Assembly: GCA_031556925.1 (NCBI GenBank)
Contig: JAVBSF010000184.1
Span: forward strand, 1 to 54,987
Direction of reading: 5' to 3'
Source: Pararhizobium sp.
Lineage (GTDB): Bacteria > Pseudomonadota > Alphaproteobacteria > Rhizobiales > Rhizobiaceae
DNA length: 54,987 nt
Shown here piece after piece: positions 1 to 9,133 of this stretch (position 1 is its first letter; each line of letters opens with the position of its first letter). Under the pieces are notes generated by a model. That model made no database searches, was not told where the DNA came from, and was given only the letters and a program-made list of their open reading frames with translations. A program made the translations under genes and the position numbers.

Positions 1-484
1 GATGCAGGCCGACCATGATCACCGGCCCCTTGCGCTTGGCCTCGATGATCCAGTCGACATTGTGCCAGACGACGCGCTTCGAGGGCTTGGACAGGCGTTC
101 GATGAGAGAGAATTCCGTCAGAATCCGACCTTGATTTTCCATATTCCGTTGCAGAATGGCCTTCCGCTCCTCTTCGGAGGCATTGGGCAACAGTTGCTTC
201 AGGTTGCGCTCGGCCTTGCGCAAGGCGCCCTTATGCCAGCGCGGCATGACATAGGCGCCGAGACGTGCGCCGATCGCCGAGCACAGGTCGGTCGGCAGCA
301 ATTTCAGGCCGAAATGGGTGGCGAGTTCCAGACCGTTCTGGATGTTGTCCGTCACATGATATTTAAACGCAGCCTGCCGCAGTGGTTTGTCCCGGAAGAA
401 ATCCGACAGCGGCGGCACGGGCGGGGCTTCATATACCCACGCCTGTCTTTTCTTGACGGTGACCTTCTGTGTCTCGGGCGCCAT
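1..484 (-). CDS. LpxL/HtrB-like (lipid A / lysophospholipid) acyltransferase, N-terminal part; runs off the left edge
   Basis: Not in the ORF track; translated by hand. ATG at 484, 1 nt after the P450 stop, and the frame stays open to base 1: MAPETQKVTVKKRQAWVYEAPP...FGLKLLPTDLCSAIGARLGAYVMPRWHKGALRKAERNLKQLLPNASEEERKAILQRNMENQGRILTEF...IIEAKRKGPVIMVGLH. The 'NL...P..SEEER..I...N.GR...E' and 'GPVI.V..H' segments fit the LpxL/HtrB family. The rest of the catalytic motif lies outside the window. Confidence 0.72.
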   Translation of the reverse strand, partial: MAPETQKVTVKKRQAWVYEAPPVPPLSDFFRDKPLRQAAFKYHVTDNIQNGLELATHFGLKLLPTDLCSAIGARLGAYVMPRWHKGALRKAERNLKQLLPNASEEERKAILQRNMENQGRILTEFSLIERLSKPSKRVVWHNVDWIIEAKRKGPVIMVGLH

Positions 485-485
485 G

Positions 486-1901
486 TCAGACCTTTCCCCG
501 GCGATGGATCGTAACAGGCAGGCCGCCGCGCGGCCTGAGCGTCAGGCGGCATTGCGGCTCGACCTTGAGATCGTCGGCCACGCGAATACGGAAACGTTGC
601 GCCAGAACCGCGAGGCAGAGGATCGCTTCGTTAAGGCCGAACTGGAGGCCGGGGCAGACGCGCGGGCCGGCGGCAAACGGAATATAGCTGTAGGGGATCG
701 GGCGCTTGTCGCCCAGAAACCGCTCCGGCTTGAACAGGTGCGCGTCCTTGAAGAAAGCTTCGGTGCGATGCAGGATCCACGGTACGATCAACACCAGCGA
801 CGCCGGCTTGACATCGAAATCGCCGATACGGTCGGCCTCCGTCGCTTGCCGCGCAAGAATCGGCACCGGCGGATAAAGCCGAAGCGTTTCCTCGATGACG
901 GCACGGCACCAGTTGAGGTTTGGCAGGTCATCCATGGTCGGCGTGCGATTGCCACAGACCTCGGCGAGTTCGTCATGCACGGCCTTTTCGACCCACGGCG
1001 CGCGGGAGAGCAGATACCATGCCCAGGTGAGTGTGGCCGCCGTCGTCTCATGCCCGGCCATGAAGATCGTTGCCGCTTCATTGCGCAGCGCCACGACATC
1101 GAGCTTGAGTTCGGGATTACGCTTCTGCCGGCGCACGAGAAGCTCGACCATCGACTGGTCGTCACCATGACCGGCGAGATGATCCTCCACCACCTTGTCG
1201 ATGATCCTGTGAATGCGGGATACGGAACGGCGCAGTTTTGGCGTGCGCAGAACCGGAAGGCCTTCGTCGAAGCCAAGGAAATAGCCGAGATTGATCGAGT
1301 CGATCAGCGACTGGTAGCTCTCGAAGCCTTCGGACACGGCGTTTGCCGCCTCTTCGCCCAGATCGTTGCCGAAGACGCTGCGTGAGATGATTTCCGCCGT
1401 CAGGCCAGCCATCTCGAAGAGCACGTTGACCTCAGCGCCATCCGGCAGCGCGTTCCAGCGCTCCACCATTTCATCCGCCGTCTTCTCCATGATCTTGCCG
1501 AAGACGGGCAGGCGGTTCTTGTGAACGATATCGTTGACCAGAGGGCGGCGCTGCTTCCAGGTCTCGCCATCGGAGATGAACAGACCATCGCCCAGCAAAA
1601 ACTCCAAAGCGCGGCGCATCTGCGGCGTCTTGCGCTCGAAGTTCTCATGGCGCTTGGCAACGACGTAGCGAATGGCATCCGGTGAATTGACCAGAACAAG
1701 CTGGCGGCCAAGGAGCTTGGTGCCGGTTACCTTGTCTTCGTAATCGGTCTTGCGCCAGATGGAGAGAAAATCGTGCCGCGCCTGCAGGATTAGCCGGAGC
1801 GGATTGGACTTGCCCTTGAAAAAGTTCGAATGGGCCGGTTCGAGTGAGTTTTCCCGCCGCTTCTCGATGATGTCAGTCGATGGACGCAAATTGCGGAACA
1901 T
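486..1901 (-). CDS. Cytochrome P450
   Basis: 471 aa. I-helix AGHETT, K-helix EETLR (ExxR), PERF, and heme ligand PFAAGPRVCPG (FxxGxRxCxG). Confidence 0.96.
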   Translation of the reverse strand: MFRNLRPSTDIIEKRRENSLEPAHSNFFKGKSNPLRLILQARHDFLSIWRKTDYEDKVTGTKLLGRQLVLVNSPDAIRYVVAKRHENFERKTPQMRRALEFLLGDGLFISDGETWKQRRPLVNDIVHKNRLPVFGKIMEKTADEMVERWNALPDGAEVNVLFEMAGLTAEIISRSVFGNDLGEEAANAVSEGFESYQSLIDSINLGYFLGFDEGLPVLRTPKLRRSVSRIHRIIDKVVEDHLAGHGDDQSMVELLVRRQKRNPELKLDVVALRNEAATIFMAGHETTAATLTWAWYLLSRAPWVEKAVHDELAEVCGNRTPTMDDLPNLNWCRAVIEETLRLYPPVPILARQATEADRIGDFDVKPASLVLIVPWILHRTEAFFKDAHLFKPERFLGDKRPIPYSYIPFAAGPRVCPGLQFGLNEAILCLAVLAQRFRIRVADDLKVEPQCRLTLRPRGGLPVTIHRRGKV

Positions 1902-1944
1902 GAACGATCGGCCCCTGCAACCACCCTACGCGGTTGAGTATCCC

Positions 1945-1973
1945 GGATAGCAGCAAATCTGGTTGCCGTTCAA
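1945..1973 (-). promoter_or_regulatory. Candidate sigma70/sigma32-type promoter for the P450-acyltransferase operon
   Basis: Minus strand TTGAAC-N17-CTATCC about 45 nt upstream of the P450 ATG, just downstream of a terminator-like hairpin. Confidence 0.35.
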
Positions 1974-1987
1974 TGCCTGCCGGAAGC

Positions 1988-2022
1988 AAAAACCCAGCGA
2001 GCCGGTGGCACGCGGGGTTTTT
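1988..2022. terminator. Intrinsic terminator-like hairpin after aatB
   Basis: aaaaaccc-a-gcg-a-gcc...ggc-a-cgc-g-gggttttt: imperfect stem with A/T tracts on both sides, about 20 nt past the aminotransferase stop. Confidence 0.6.
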
Positions 2023-2041
2023 TATCAAGGACATCTAATAG

Positions 2042-3274
2042 TTAGGAGAGCGCAGCGCAGGCCTTGGCGATGCGTTCCAGCGCCACCTTCAGCTCCTCTT
2101 CCGACGTCGCATAGGAAATGCGGAAATAGGGAGAAAGACCGAAGGCGGAGCCGGGAACCACGGCAACATCGGCGTCATCGAGAAGATAGGCGCAGAAATC
2201 GCTGTCGGTCTCGATCTTGCGGCCTGATGGCGTGGTCTTGCCGAGAACACCGGCGCAGCCGGAGAAGGTATAGAACGCGCCTTCCGGCGTACGGCAATCG
2301 AGCCCTTCGATCGCATTCAGCGCGGAAACCACGAGATCGCGGCGGCGCTGGAAGCTGGCGGTCCGTTCCTTCAGGAAATCCTGCGGGCCATTCAACGCTT
2401 CGACGGATGCCGCCTGGCTGACGGAGCAGGGGCAGGAGGTCACCTGGCTTTGTACGACCGCCATGGCCTTGATCAGATCGCGCGGACCACCGGCATAGCC
2501 GATGCGCCAGCCAGTCATGGCATAGGCCTTGGACACGCCGTTGACGGTGAGCGTGCGGTTCTTCAGGCGCGGTTCGATGGCGGCCGGGGTCACGAACTTG
2601 AAGCCGTCATAGACGATGTGCTCGTACATGTCGTCGACGAGAAGCCAGACATGCGGATGACGCAGCAGCACGTCCAGCAGCGGCCGGTAGTCGGCTTCGC
2701 TATAGGCGGCACCCGAAGGGTTTGACGGCGAGTTCAGCATCACCCAGCGGGTCTTCGGCGTGATCGCCGCTTCCAGCTGCTCGGCCTTCAGACGAAAACC
2801 GGCTAATGCATCGCAGGCGATCAGCACCGGCTTGCCCTCGGCAATCTCGACGATATCGGAGTAGGAAGTCCAATAGGGCGTCGGAATGATCACTTCGTCG
2901 CCCGGATTGAGCGTCGCCATCATCGCGTTGAAGAGTATCTGCTTGGCGCCGGTGGCAACCGTGATCTCATCGAGCGCGTAGGACACGCCGTTCTCGCGCT
3001 CGAACTTGCCCTGGATCGCCTTCTTGAGTTCCGGCGAACCATCGAGTGCTGTGTATTTGGTCGCGCCCGCATACATCGCCTTGGCGGCGGCATCCTTGAT
3101 GGTGTCTGGCGTGTCGAAATCCGGTTCGCCAGCCCCGAGAATGATGACCGGACGGCCCTCCCGCTTCAAAGCTTGCGCGCGGGCGCCGATCTTCAGAATC
3201 TGCGAAACCCCGATTGTCGAGATCCGCGAGGCGGGCGAAAAGCCCGCCTCCTCGATCGTTGCATTGATGGTCAT
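2042..3274 (-). CDS. aatB: PLP-dependent class I aminotransferase (AatB-like; probable 2-aminoadipate transaminase)
   Basis: Start reassigned to MTINATIEEAG (ATG at 3274). GEPDFDTP, NSPSNPSG, DDMYEH and PLP-lysine motif SKAYAMTGWRIG. Closely resembles rhizobial AatB as I recall it. Confidence 0.88.
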   Translation of the reverse strand: MTINATIEEAGFSPASRISTIGVSQILKIGARAQALKREGRPVIILGAGEPDFDTPDTIKDAAAKAMYAGATKYTALDGSPELKKAIQGKFERENGVSYALDEITVATGAKQILFNAMMATLNPGDEVIIPTPYWTSYSDIVEIAEGKPVLIACDALAGFRLKAEQLEAAITPKTRWVMLNSPSNPSGAAYSEADYRPLLDVLLRHPHVWLLVDDMYEHIVYDGFKFVTPAAIEPRLKNRTLTVNGVSKAYAMTGWRIGYAGGPRDLIKAMAVVQSQVTSCPCSVSQAASVEALNGPQDFLKERTASFQRRRDLVVSALNAIEGLDCRTPEGAFYTFSGCAGVLGKTTPSGRKIETDSDFCAYLLDDADVAVVPGSAFGLSPYFRISYATSEEELKVALERIAKACAALS

Positions 3275-3288
3275 GGGTGCGGCTCCGA

Positions 3289-4821
3289 TTATTCGATATC
3301 GAAGGACACGCCCTGCGCCAGCGGCAGGGCCTTGGAGTAGTTGATGGTGTTGGTGGCGCGGCGCATATAGGCCTTCCACGCATCCGAGCCGGATTCACGG
3401 CCGCCGCCGGTTTCCTTTTCGCCACCGAAGGCGCCGCCGATTTCAGCGCCTGACGTGCCGATGTTGACGTTGGCAATGCCGCAATCCGAACCATCCGGCG
3501 ACAGGAAGCGCTCGGCTTCCTGCAGGTCGAGCGTGAAGACCGACGAGGAAAGACCTGCACCGACAGCATTGTGGTCGGCAAGGGCAGCGTCAAAATCGCT
3601 GTACTTCATGACGTAGAGGATCGGCGCGAAGGTTTCTTCGGTGACCGGACCTGCCTGCTTCGGCATTTCAACCAGAGCCGGCTTGACGTAGTAGCCATTG
3701 GCATAGCCGAGATCGACGCGCTCGCCGCCGGTGATGCTGCCGCCATGGGCCTTCGCCTCTTCCAGCGCCTTCTGCATGTTGTCGAAGGCAGCCTTGTCGA
3801 CCAGTGGACCAACGAGAGCGGACGATTCCAGCGGGTTGCCGACGGAAACGCTCTGATAGGCCTTTTTCAGACGCGGAACGAGCGCATCGTAGACGCTGTC
3901 GTGAACGAAGAGACGACGCAGCGTGGTGCAACGCTGACCGGCGGTGCCCATCGCGCCGAAGGCAATGGCGCGCAGCGCCATGTCGAGGTCTGCGGACGGG
4001 CAGACGATGCCGCCATTGTTGCCGCCGAGTTCGAGGATGGCGCGAGCAAAACGCCTGGCAAGGCGCGGGCCGACATCGCGGCCCATGCGTGTGGATCCGG
4101 TGGCCGAAACCAGCGGAACCTTCGGATGATCGACCAGCACTTCGCCGATGGTGCGGTCGCCGATCAGGACCTGGCTCAGACCTTCCGGCGCATCGCCGAA
4201 GCGGGCGATGGCGCGGTCAAGGATAGCCTGCGATGCAAGGGCGGTGAGCGGGGTCTTTTCAGACGGCTTCCAGACGACGGCATTGCCGCAGACGAGCGCC
4301 AGCGCCGTGTTCCACGACCAGACGGCCACCGGGAAGTTGAAGGCGGAGATGACGCCGATGACGCCCAGGGGATGCCAGGTTTCCATCATGCGGTGGCCGG
4401 GGCGCTCGGTGGCGATCGTCAGGCCGTAAAGCTGACGGGAAAGGCCGACGGCGAAATCGCAGATATCGATCATTTCCTGCACTTCGCCGAGACCTTCCGA
4501 TGGGATCTTGCCGGCTTCGAGCGACACGAGACGGCCAAGCTCGGCCTTGTGGGCGCGCAGCTCTTCGCCGAGCAGGCGGATCAGTTCACCACGCTTCGGA
4601 GCGGGCACCAGACGCCATGCGCGGAAAGCCTCGTCGGCCTTGGCAATCTTCTTTGCAGCGTCATCGGCGGAAACAGTCTTCAGGTCGGCGATCTTTTCGC
4701 CGGTGACCGGCGAGAAGGATGCCATGTCGCCACCGGTGTAGAGCGCCTTGTCGACACCCAGCTTGTCGAGGAGGCTGGCGGCCTCAGTGGCGACATTCAC
4801 CGGCTTGGTTGCAATGTTCAT
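3289..4821 (-). CDS. amaB: Aldehyde dehydrogenase, ALDH7 type (piperideine-6-carboxylate / 2-aminoadipate semialdehyde dehydrogenase)
   Basis: 510 aa. GLGEVQEMIDICDFAVGLSRQLYGLTIATERPGH, LELGGNN, GQRCTT and GAEIGGAFGGEKETGGGRESGSD are ALDH7 hallmarks. Confidence 0.88.
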   Translation of the reverse strand: MNIATKPVNVATEAASLLDKLGVDKALYTGGDMASFSPVTGEKIADLKTVSADDAAKKIAKADEAFRAWRLVPAPKRGELIRLLGEELRAHKAELGRLVSLEAGKIPSEGLGEVQEMIDICDFAVGLSRQLYGLTIATERPGHRMMETWHPLGVIGVISAFNFPVAVWSWNTALALVCGNAVVWKPSEKTPLTALASQAILDRAIARFGDAPEGLSQVLIGDRTIGEVLVDHPKVPLVSATGSTRMGRDVGPRLARRFARAILELGGNNGGIVCPSADLDMALRAIAFGAMGTAGQRCTTLRRLFVHDSVYDALVPRLKKAYQSVSVGNPLESSALVGPLVDKAAFDNMQKALEEAKAHGGSITGGERVDLGYANGYYVKPALVEMPKQAGPVTEETFAPILYVMKYSDFDAALADHNAVGAGLSSSVFTLDLQEAERFLSPDGSDCGIANVNIGTSGAEIGGAFGGEKETGGGRESGSDAWKAYMRRATNTINYSKALPLAQGVSFDIE

Positions 4822-4856
4822 GGTGAAAACTCCCGTTTCTTTGATGTCTGTTTTTG

Positions 4857-6275
4857 TCAGAAGCGAACCGTGCCGAGCGCGCCCGGTGAGGTGATCGCCT
4901 TCAGGCCCGCTGCTAACGAACGGACCGCATGGGGTGTGTATTGGTCGTAATAGGCCTGGTTCTTGCGGCCAATGGCATGTTCGGCACTGAAACTGCCGTT
5001 GAATTTTTCGACTGCGACCGTAAAGACGAAATCGCGCAGGCGCTTTTCGAAATCCGGATCGGAGGCGGCGGCACTGTCCTTCGGCACCACGAGATTGAAA
5101 TGCACGCCGCCATCGCCGATATGGCCGAAATCGCAGATGGTGATTTCGGGAAAGGCTTGCGGCATTTCCGCTTTCATATGGTCGCAGAAGGCCATGATAT
5201 CACCTCTGCGGAAGGAAAGATCAAACGCAATCAGCTTGCCGAGATATTTGACGCCTTCCGAAAGCGCATGACGCAGCGACCACATCTCATGCGCCGGGCC
5301 GACGAAGGCATCGGCAAGCGGCGCCTCTTCGCTTTCCCAGATTTCGGCCAGCGCGCTTTCGAGCACGGCGTCGAGCGGCTGCTCGCCTTCGCGCGGTTCC
5401 CAGGTGCGGGTGATTTCCGCAAGGATCACATAGTCGGGAATGTTGCCGCCCTGGAAGGGATTCTTCAGCGACGGTACATGGGCGAGAGCGGCGGAGACGG
5501 CATTCTTCGACATGCCCTCGAAAGCCGAGAGATAGGCGCCGAGCCGTTCTTCCATGGCGCGCAAGAGCGGCATGACATGGGTGCCGCTGGCCGGCACGAG
5601 ATAGGCAGTCGCCGTCTGGCGCGGCAAGCGCTCCAGATTGACGACGCATTCGGTGACGATGCCGAAGGAACCGGACGTGCCGATGAAAATCTGCTTCCAG
5701 TCGAGGCCGGTATTGTTCTTGCGAAGGTCGGAATTGAGATCGAGCACGATGCCGGCTTCGTCGGCGAGCACGACAGTCAGGCCAAGCGTGTTCTTGCGCA
5801 CGTCGCCATATTTCAAAAAGCGCGAGCCGCCCGTATTGGTGGCGATCATGCCGCCAATGCGGGGGTCGGCGCCGAGATCAATCGGGAAAAACAGGCCATG
5901 CGGTTCCAGCCGACGGTTGATCTCCGAAAGGGTAAAGCCGGCATCGAGGCGAAGCGAGCGATTGTCGAGATCGAGATCGAAACGCTTCGTCATGCGATCA
6001 AGGCTGAGCACGATCTGCGTGCCGGAACTGTCCGGTGTCGAGCCGGAGACAAGGCCGGTATTGCCGGATTGCGGGATGATCGGCAGGCCGTTCTTCACGC
6101 AATAGGCAACGATGGCCGAGACCTCTTCCGTCGTCTGCGGGCGCAGGACGAAGGCGGCGCGGCCTTCGTCGTAACGCGCGCCCTTTTCATAGGCAGCCAT
6201 GTCGCCGGCGTTGTCGACAATACCCTTGTCCGATACCAGCGCCTTCAGGGCGAGCTTATGAGGTTGGTCCAGCAT
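4857..6275 (-). CDS. FAD-binding oxidoreductase, D-2-hydroxyglutarate / D-lactate dehydrogenase family
   Basis: Start at MLDQPHK (ATG 6275). PQSGNTGLVSG, IGGMIATNTGG, LRKNNTG, FGHIGDGGVHFN and GSFSAEHAIG motifs. Lies directly downstream of hglS. Confidence 0.85.
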   Translation of the reverse strand: MLDQPHKLALKALVSDKGIVDNAGDMAAYEKGARYDEGRAAFVLRPQTTEEVSAIVAYCVKNGLPIIPQSGNTGLVSGSTPDSSGTQIVLSLDRMTKRFDLDLDNRSLRLDAGFTLSEINRRLEPHGLFFPIDLGADPRIGGMIATNTGGSRFLKYGDVRKNTLGLTVVLADEAGIVLDLNSDLRKNNTGLDWKQIFIGTSGSFGIVTECVVNLERLPRQTATAYLVPASGTHVMPLLRAMEERLGAYLSAFEGMSKNAVSAALAHVPSLKNPFQGGNIPDYVILAEITRTWEPREGEQPLDAVLESALAEIWESEEAPLADAFVGPAHEMWSLRHALSEGVKYLGKLIAFDLSFRRGDIMAFCDHMKAEMPQAFPEITICDFGHIGDGGVHFNLVVPKDSAAASDPDFEKRLRDFVFTVAVEKFNGSFSAEHAIGRKNQAYYDQYTPHAVRSLAAGLKAITSPGALGTVRF

Positions 6276-6285
6276 TATCCGTCTC

Positions 6286-7686
6286 TTATTCGGCAGCTTC
6301 AGGCTTCGAAAGAGCCCGAACGCAGTCATCAATCGATGCCTGCTCGATACCGGCGTAGTGATCGAATTCGTTGAGCACGGTCGCGCCGAGATCGATTTCG
6401 AAACGCTGCTGGTTCGGGCTTGCGACAAACTCCTGGGCAGCGCCGTCACCCAAGTTCGACTGGAAGATACCCGCTGCGCTGACCGGCAGGAAGTCTTCAT
6501 AGACGATCGGGTCGAATTGCACGAGACCGGCGGCGATCAGGCCATCAATATCTGCAGAGGTGACGACGCCGGCCTTGCGGCCCTTTTGCGTGAGCGAATA
6601 GGAGAAATAACCGAGGCCCCTGGCGCGGATTTCAGCCCAGCTGTCGGGAAAATCGATGAAAGCGTCGGCAAGCGCCTTTTCGTATTCTGCGGCATTGGAG
6701 CCATCGGCCGCCGGGCGCACGATCTTGCGCGAGGCGTTAAGCAATTCGTCATAGAGCGCGCGGCCCTTCGGCGTCAGCGCAATACCGCGCTGTTCGATTT
6801 CGCCAAAACGGGCGGTGTGCGAACCGGCCTGCCAGCTGCCATCGGCATCCTGGAAGGATACCGGTTCTTCGAGCGCCTTGAACGAGGTCTGGCGCAGGAG
6901 GATCGCGCATTTGCGGGTCGGCGGGCCTTCGACCACGGCCTTCGGCGCGATGTCATAGTCCGGCATGCGGGCCTGAACGGCATCGATATCGAGTGTGCGC
7001 GGCGTCAGGTGGTTGATGTGCGGGCCCTTGAAGGACACGACATCGGCGATCAGGCGGTGCGCATCATGCAGGCGGTGGTACATGGCCGGGCTGACATTGG
7101 CCTTGTCATGCCAGCGGAAGGTTTCCAGAACTTCGGAAACGAAACGATCGGCGTCGGCCGTGTTCAAACCGCCGTCATGCTCGGCCTTTTCGGTCAGCGC
7201 CAAGGCAAGCGGCGTGAAGATCTGGCGGTGGGCAAGGGTCTTTTCTGCTTCGCCGCGCAGGATCTCGTCGTCGATCAGGTCGAGACGTAGCAGCGAGGTG
7301 AAAACGCGGAAAGGATTGCGCTTCAGGGCTTCTCCGCCGACCGGACGGAAGGCCGTCGAATGAACCGGCACACCGGCGGTCGAAAGATCGTAGTAGCCGA
7401 CCGGATACATGCCCATGACGGCAAAGACGCGGCGCATCGTCGAAAGTTCGGCCGGCGTGCCGAGACGGATCGCGCCGTGGCGTTCTTCGGAAATGCGGTC
7501 GAGATTGTCGGTATCTTCGAGACGGGTCTTGAGGGAGGGATCGGCCGCCAGCGTCTCCGCGTTCACTTTCGCGACCAGCTCCATCAACGTGCCGTAGGCG
7601 GGAACCTCGGTGCGGTACATGGCGGACATCGCGGCCGAGAAGGCCGAGCGGATGTCATCGGTGGAAACGAAACTATTTTCTTTCAC
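6286..7686 (-). CDS. hglS: 2-oxoadipate dioxygenase/decarboxylase (HglS/YdcJ, DUF1338)
   Basis: Likely GTG start at 7686 (MKENSFVSTDDIR) with GAGG upstream. ERHGAIR, FRVFTSLLR, PHINHLTPR, LRQTSF, HTARFGEIEQRG and YEDFLPVSAAGIF motifs. Confidence 0.9.
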   Translation of the reverse strand: MKENSFVSTDDIRSAFSAAMSAMYRTEVPAYGTLMELVAKVNAETLAADPSLKTRLEDTDNLDRISEERHGAIRLGTPAELSTMRRVFAVMGMYPVGYYDLSTAGVPVHSTAFRPVGGEALKRNPFRVFTSLLRLDLIDDEILRGEAEKTLAHRQIFTPLALALTEKAEHDGGLNTADADRFVSEVLETFRWHDKANVSPAMYHRLHDAHRLIADVVSFKGPHINHLTPRTLDIDAVQARMPDYDIAPKAVVEGPPTRKCAILLRQTSFKALEEPVSFQDADGSWQAGSHTARFGEIEQRGIALTPKGRALYDELLNASRKIVRPAADGSNAAEYEKALADAFIDFPDSWAEIRARGLGYFSYSLTQKGRKAGVVTSADIDGLIAAGLVQFDPIVYEDFLPVSAAGIFQSNLGDGAAQEFVASPNQQRFEIDLGATVLNEFDHYAGIEQASIDDCVRALSKPEAAE

Positions 7687-7802
7687 GGCAGCACGCCTCG
7701 CATTATGGAATACGGATGGGGTGATCATTCTCATTTCGTATCATATAGGAGCCGAATGAGCTTTGATTGCGCCCGTTGTGACTATGATCATGCGAGGTCG
7801 GA

Positions 7803-8705
7803 ATGAAGTTGAGCAGACGGCTGGTGCCGGACATCACCACGCTCCAGGCTTTCGAATGTGCTGCGCGCCATGGAAGCTTCACCCAGGCTGCGGCAGAGCT
7901 GAACCTGACGCAAAGCGCCGTCAGCCGGCAGATCAAGGATCTGGAAAGCCAGATCGGCGTGCTGCTGTTCGAGCGCATCCGCCAGCGGGTGATCCTCTCC
8001 GATGCGGGCCAGAAGTTTCTGCCCGAGGTGCGGCGACTGCTGCATCAATCGGAAGAAATGATGGTGCGGGCCATGGCGTCGGCACGCTCCGATTCGTCGC
8101 TCTCCATCGCCTCGCTCCCGACCTTCGGCAGCCGCTGGCTGACGCCGCGGCTGCCGGATTTCATCGCCCGCCATCCCGGCACCGTCGTCAACATTGCCTC
8201 GCGCTCCAAACCCTTCGATTTCGAGGAGGAGAATTTCGATCTCGCCATCCATTACGGTCAACCGATCTGGGCGCATGCGACCTGCAGCTATCTCTGCAGC
8301 GAAATCATCGTGCCGGTGGCCAGTCCCGCGCTGATCGCCCGCCACCCGATGAACGAACCGGCGGAGCTGGAAAACAAGCCGCTGCTGCATCTCGCGACAC
8401 GGCCGAAAATGTGGGCGCAATGGTTCGAACTTTACGGCACGGAGATGAAGTCCGCCTATCGCGGCAATCGCTTCGATCAGTTTTCGATGGTGATCGAGGC
8501 GGCCGTCGCAGGACTGGGGTTCGGTCTCGTTCCGCGTTACCTGATCGAGCAGGAGCTGGCGACAGACCGATTGCGGATCATTTTCGACTGCCCGATGCAG
8601 ACGGAAAATTCCTATTATCTCGTCGTGCCCGAGGGTAAGCTGGAGAACCCGGTCAGCGAGGCTTTTCGCGCCTGGATCGCAGCCCAGGTGCAGCAGTCCG
8701 GGTAA
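7803..8705 (+). CDS. LysR-family transcriptional regulator (GcvA-like), divergent from hglS
   Basis: N-terminal HTH AFECAARHGSFTQAAAELNLTQSAVSRQIKDLE; 300 aa. Confidence 0.95.
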   Translation: MKLSRRLVPDITTLQAFECAARHGSFTQAAAELNLTQSAVSRQIKDLESQIGVLLFERIRQRVILSDAGQKFLPEVRRLLHQSEEMMVRAMASARSDSSLSIASLPTFGSRWLTPRLPDFIARHPGTVVNIASRSKPFDFEEENFDLAIHYGQPIWAHATCSYLCSEIIVPVASPALIARHPMNEPAELENKPLLHLATRPKMWAQWFELYGTEMKSAYRGNRFDQFSMVIEAAVAGLGFGLVPRYLIEQELATDRLRIIFDCPMQTENSYYLVVPEGKLENPVSEAFRAWIAAQVQQSG

Positions 8706-9133
8706 TCGGGAACCTTTGCGCCAAAGCGGCGTTAGGCGAGCGATGATCATTTTTGCGTTTACGTCAAGGACCGCTCCGAGAGTCGATCTCGCCTTTGTGG
8801 CCAGTCTCCGCATGTCAACGACTGCGGGGCAGCGGATATTATGCCACCCGATCCCTTCCATATCCTTGCAAGGCATTGGCTCAACGGCTAAAAAATGCCA
8901 CTTTCTTGCATCACGCGGCCCTGAACCGACTGCTGCTTTAACGACGTCCTACGCCCTTTCGAGCAATGCCGCTGGTTGTGGTTTTGCGCCCGCGCAGACT
9001 GCTCTCGGCGCGATACGAGCGAGTATCTAGGGTCGTGGCGGCGCAAGGTCATTCATCAGGGGCGCGCCTTATCCTGCCGGAACAGGATGAGGACCATACC
9101 CATAAACTCCGCTTGGACCCAGAACCCGCTCCC

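Noticed and set aside
2-514. 170-aa plus-strand ORF at the window start
   Set aside because: It is the antisense shadow of the minus-strand acyltransferase-like frame, which has family motifs and is coupled to the P450.
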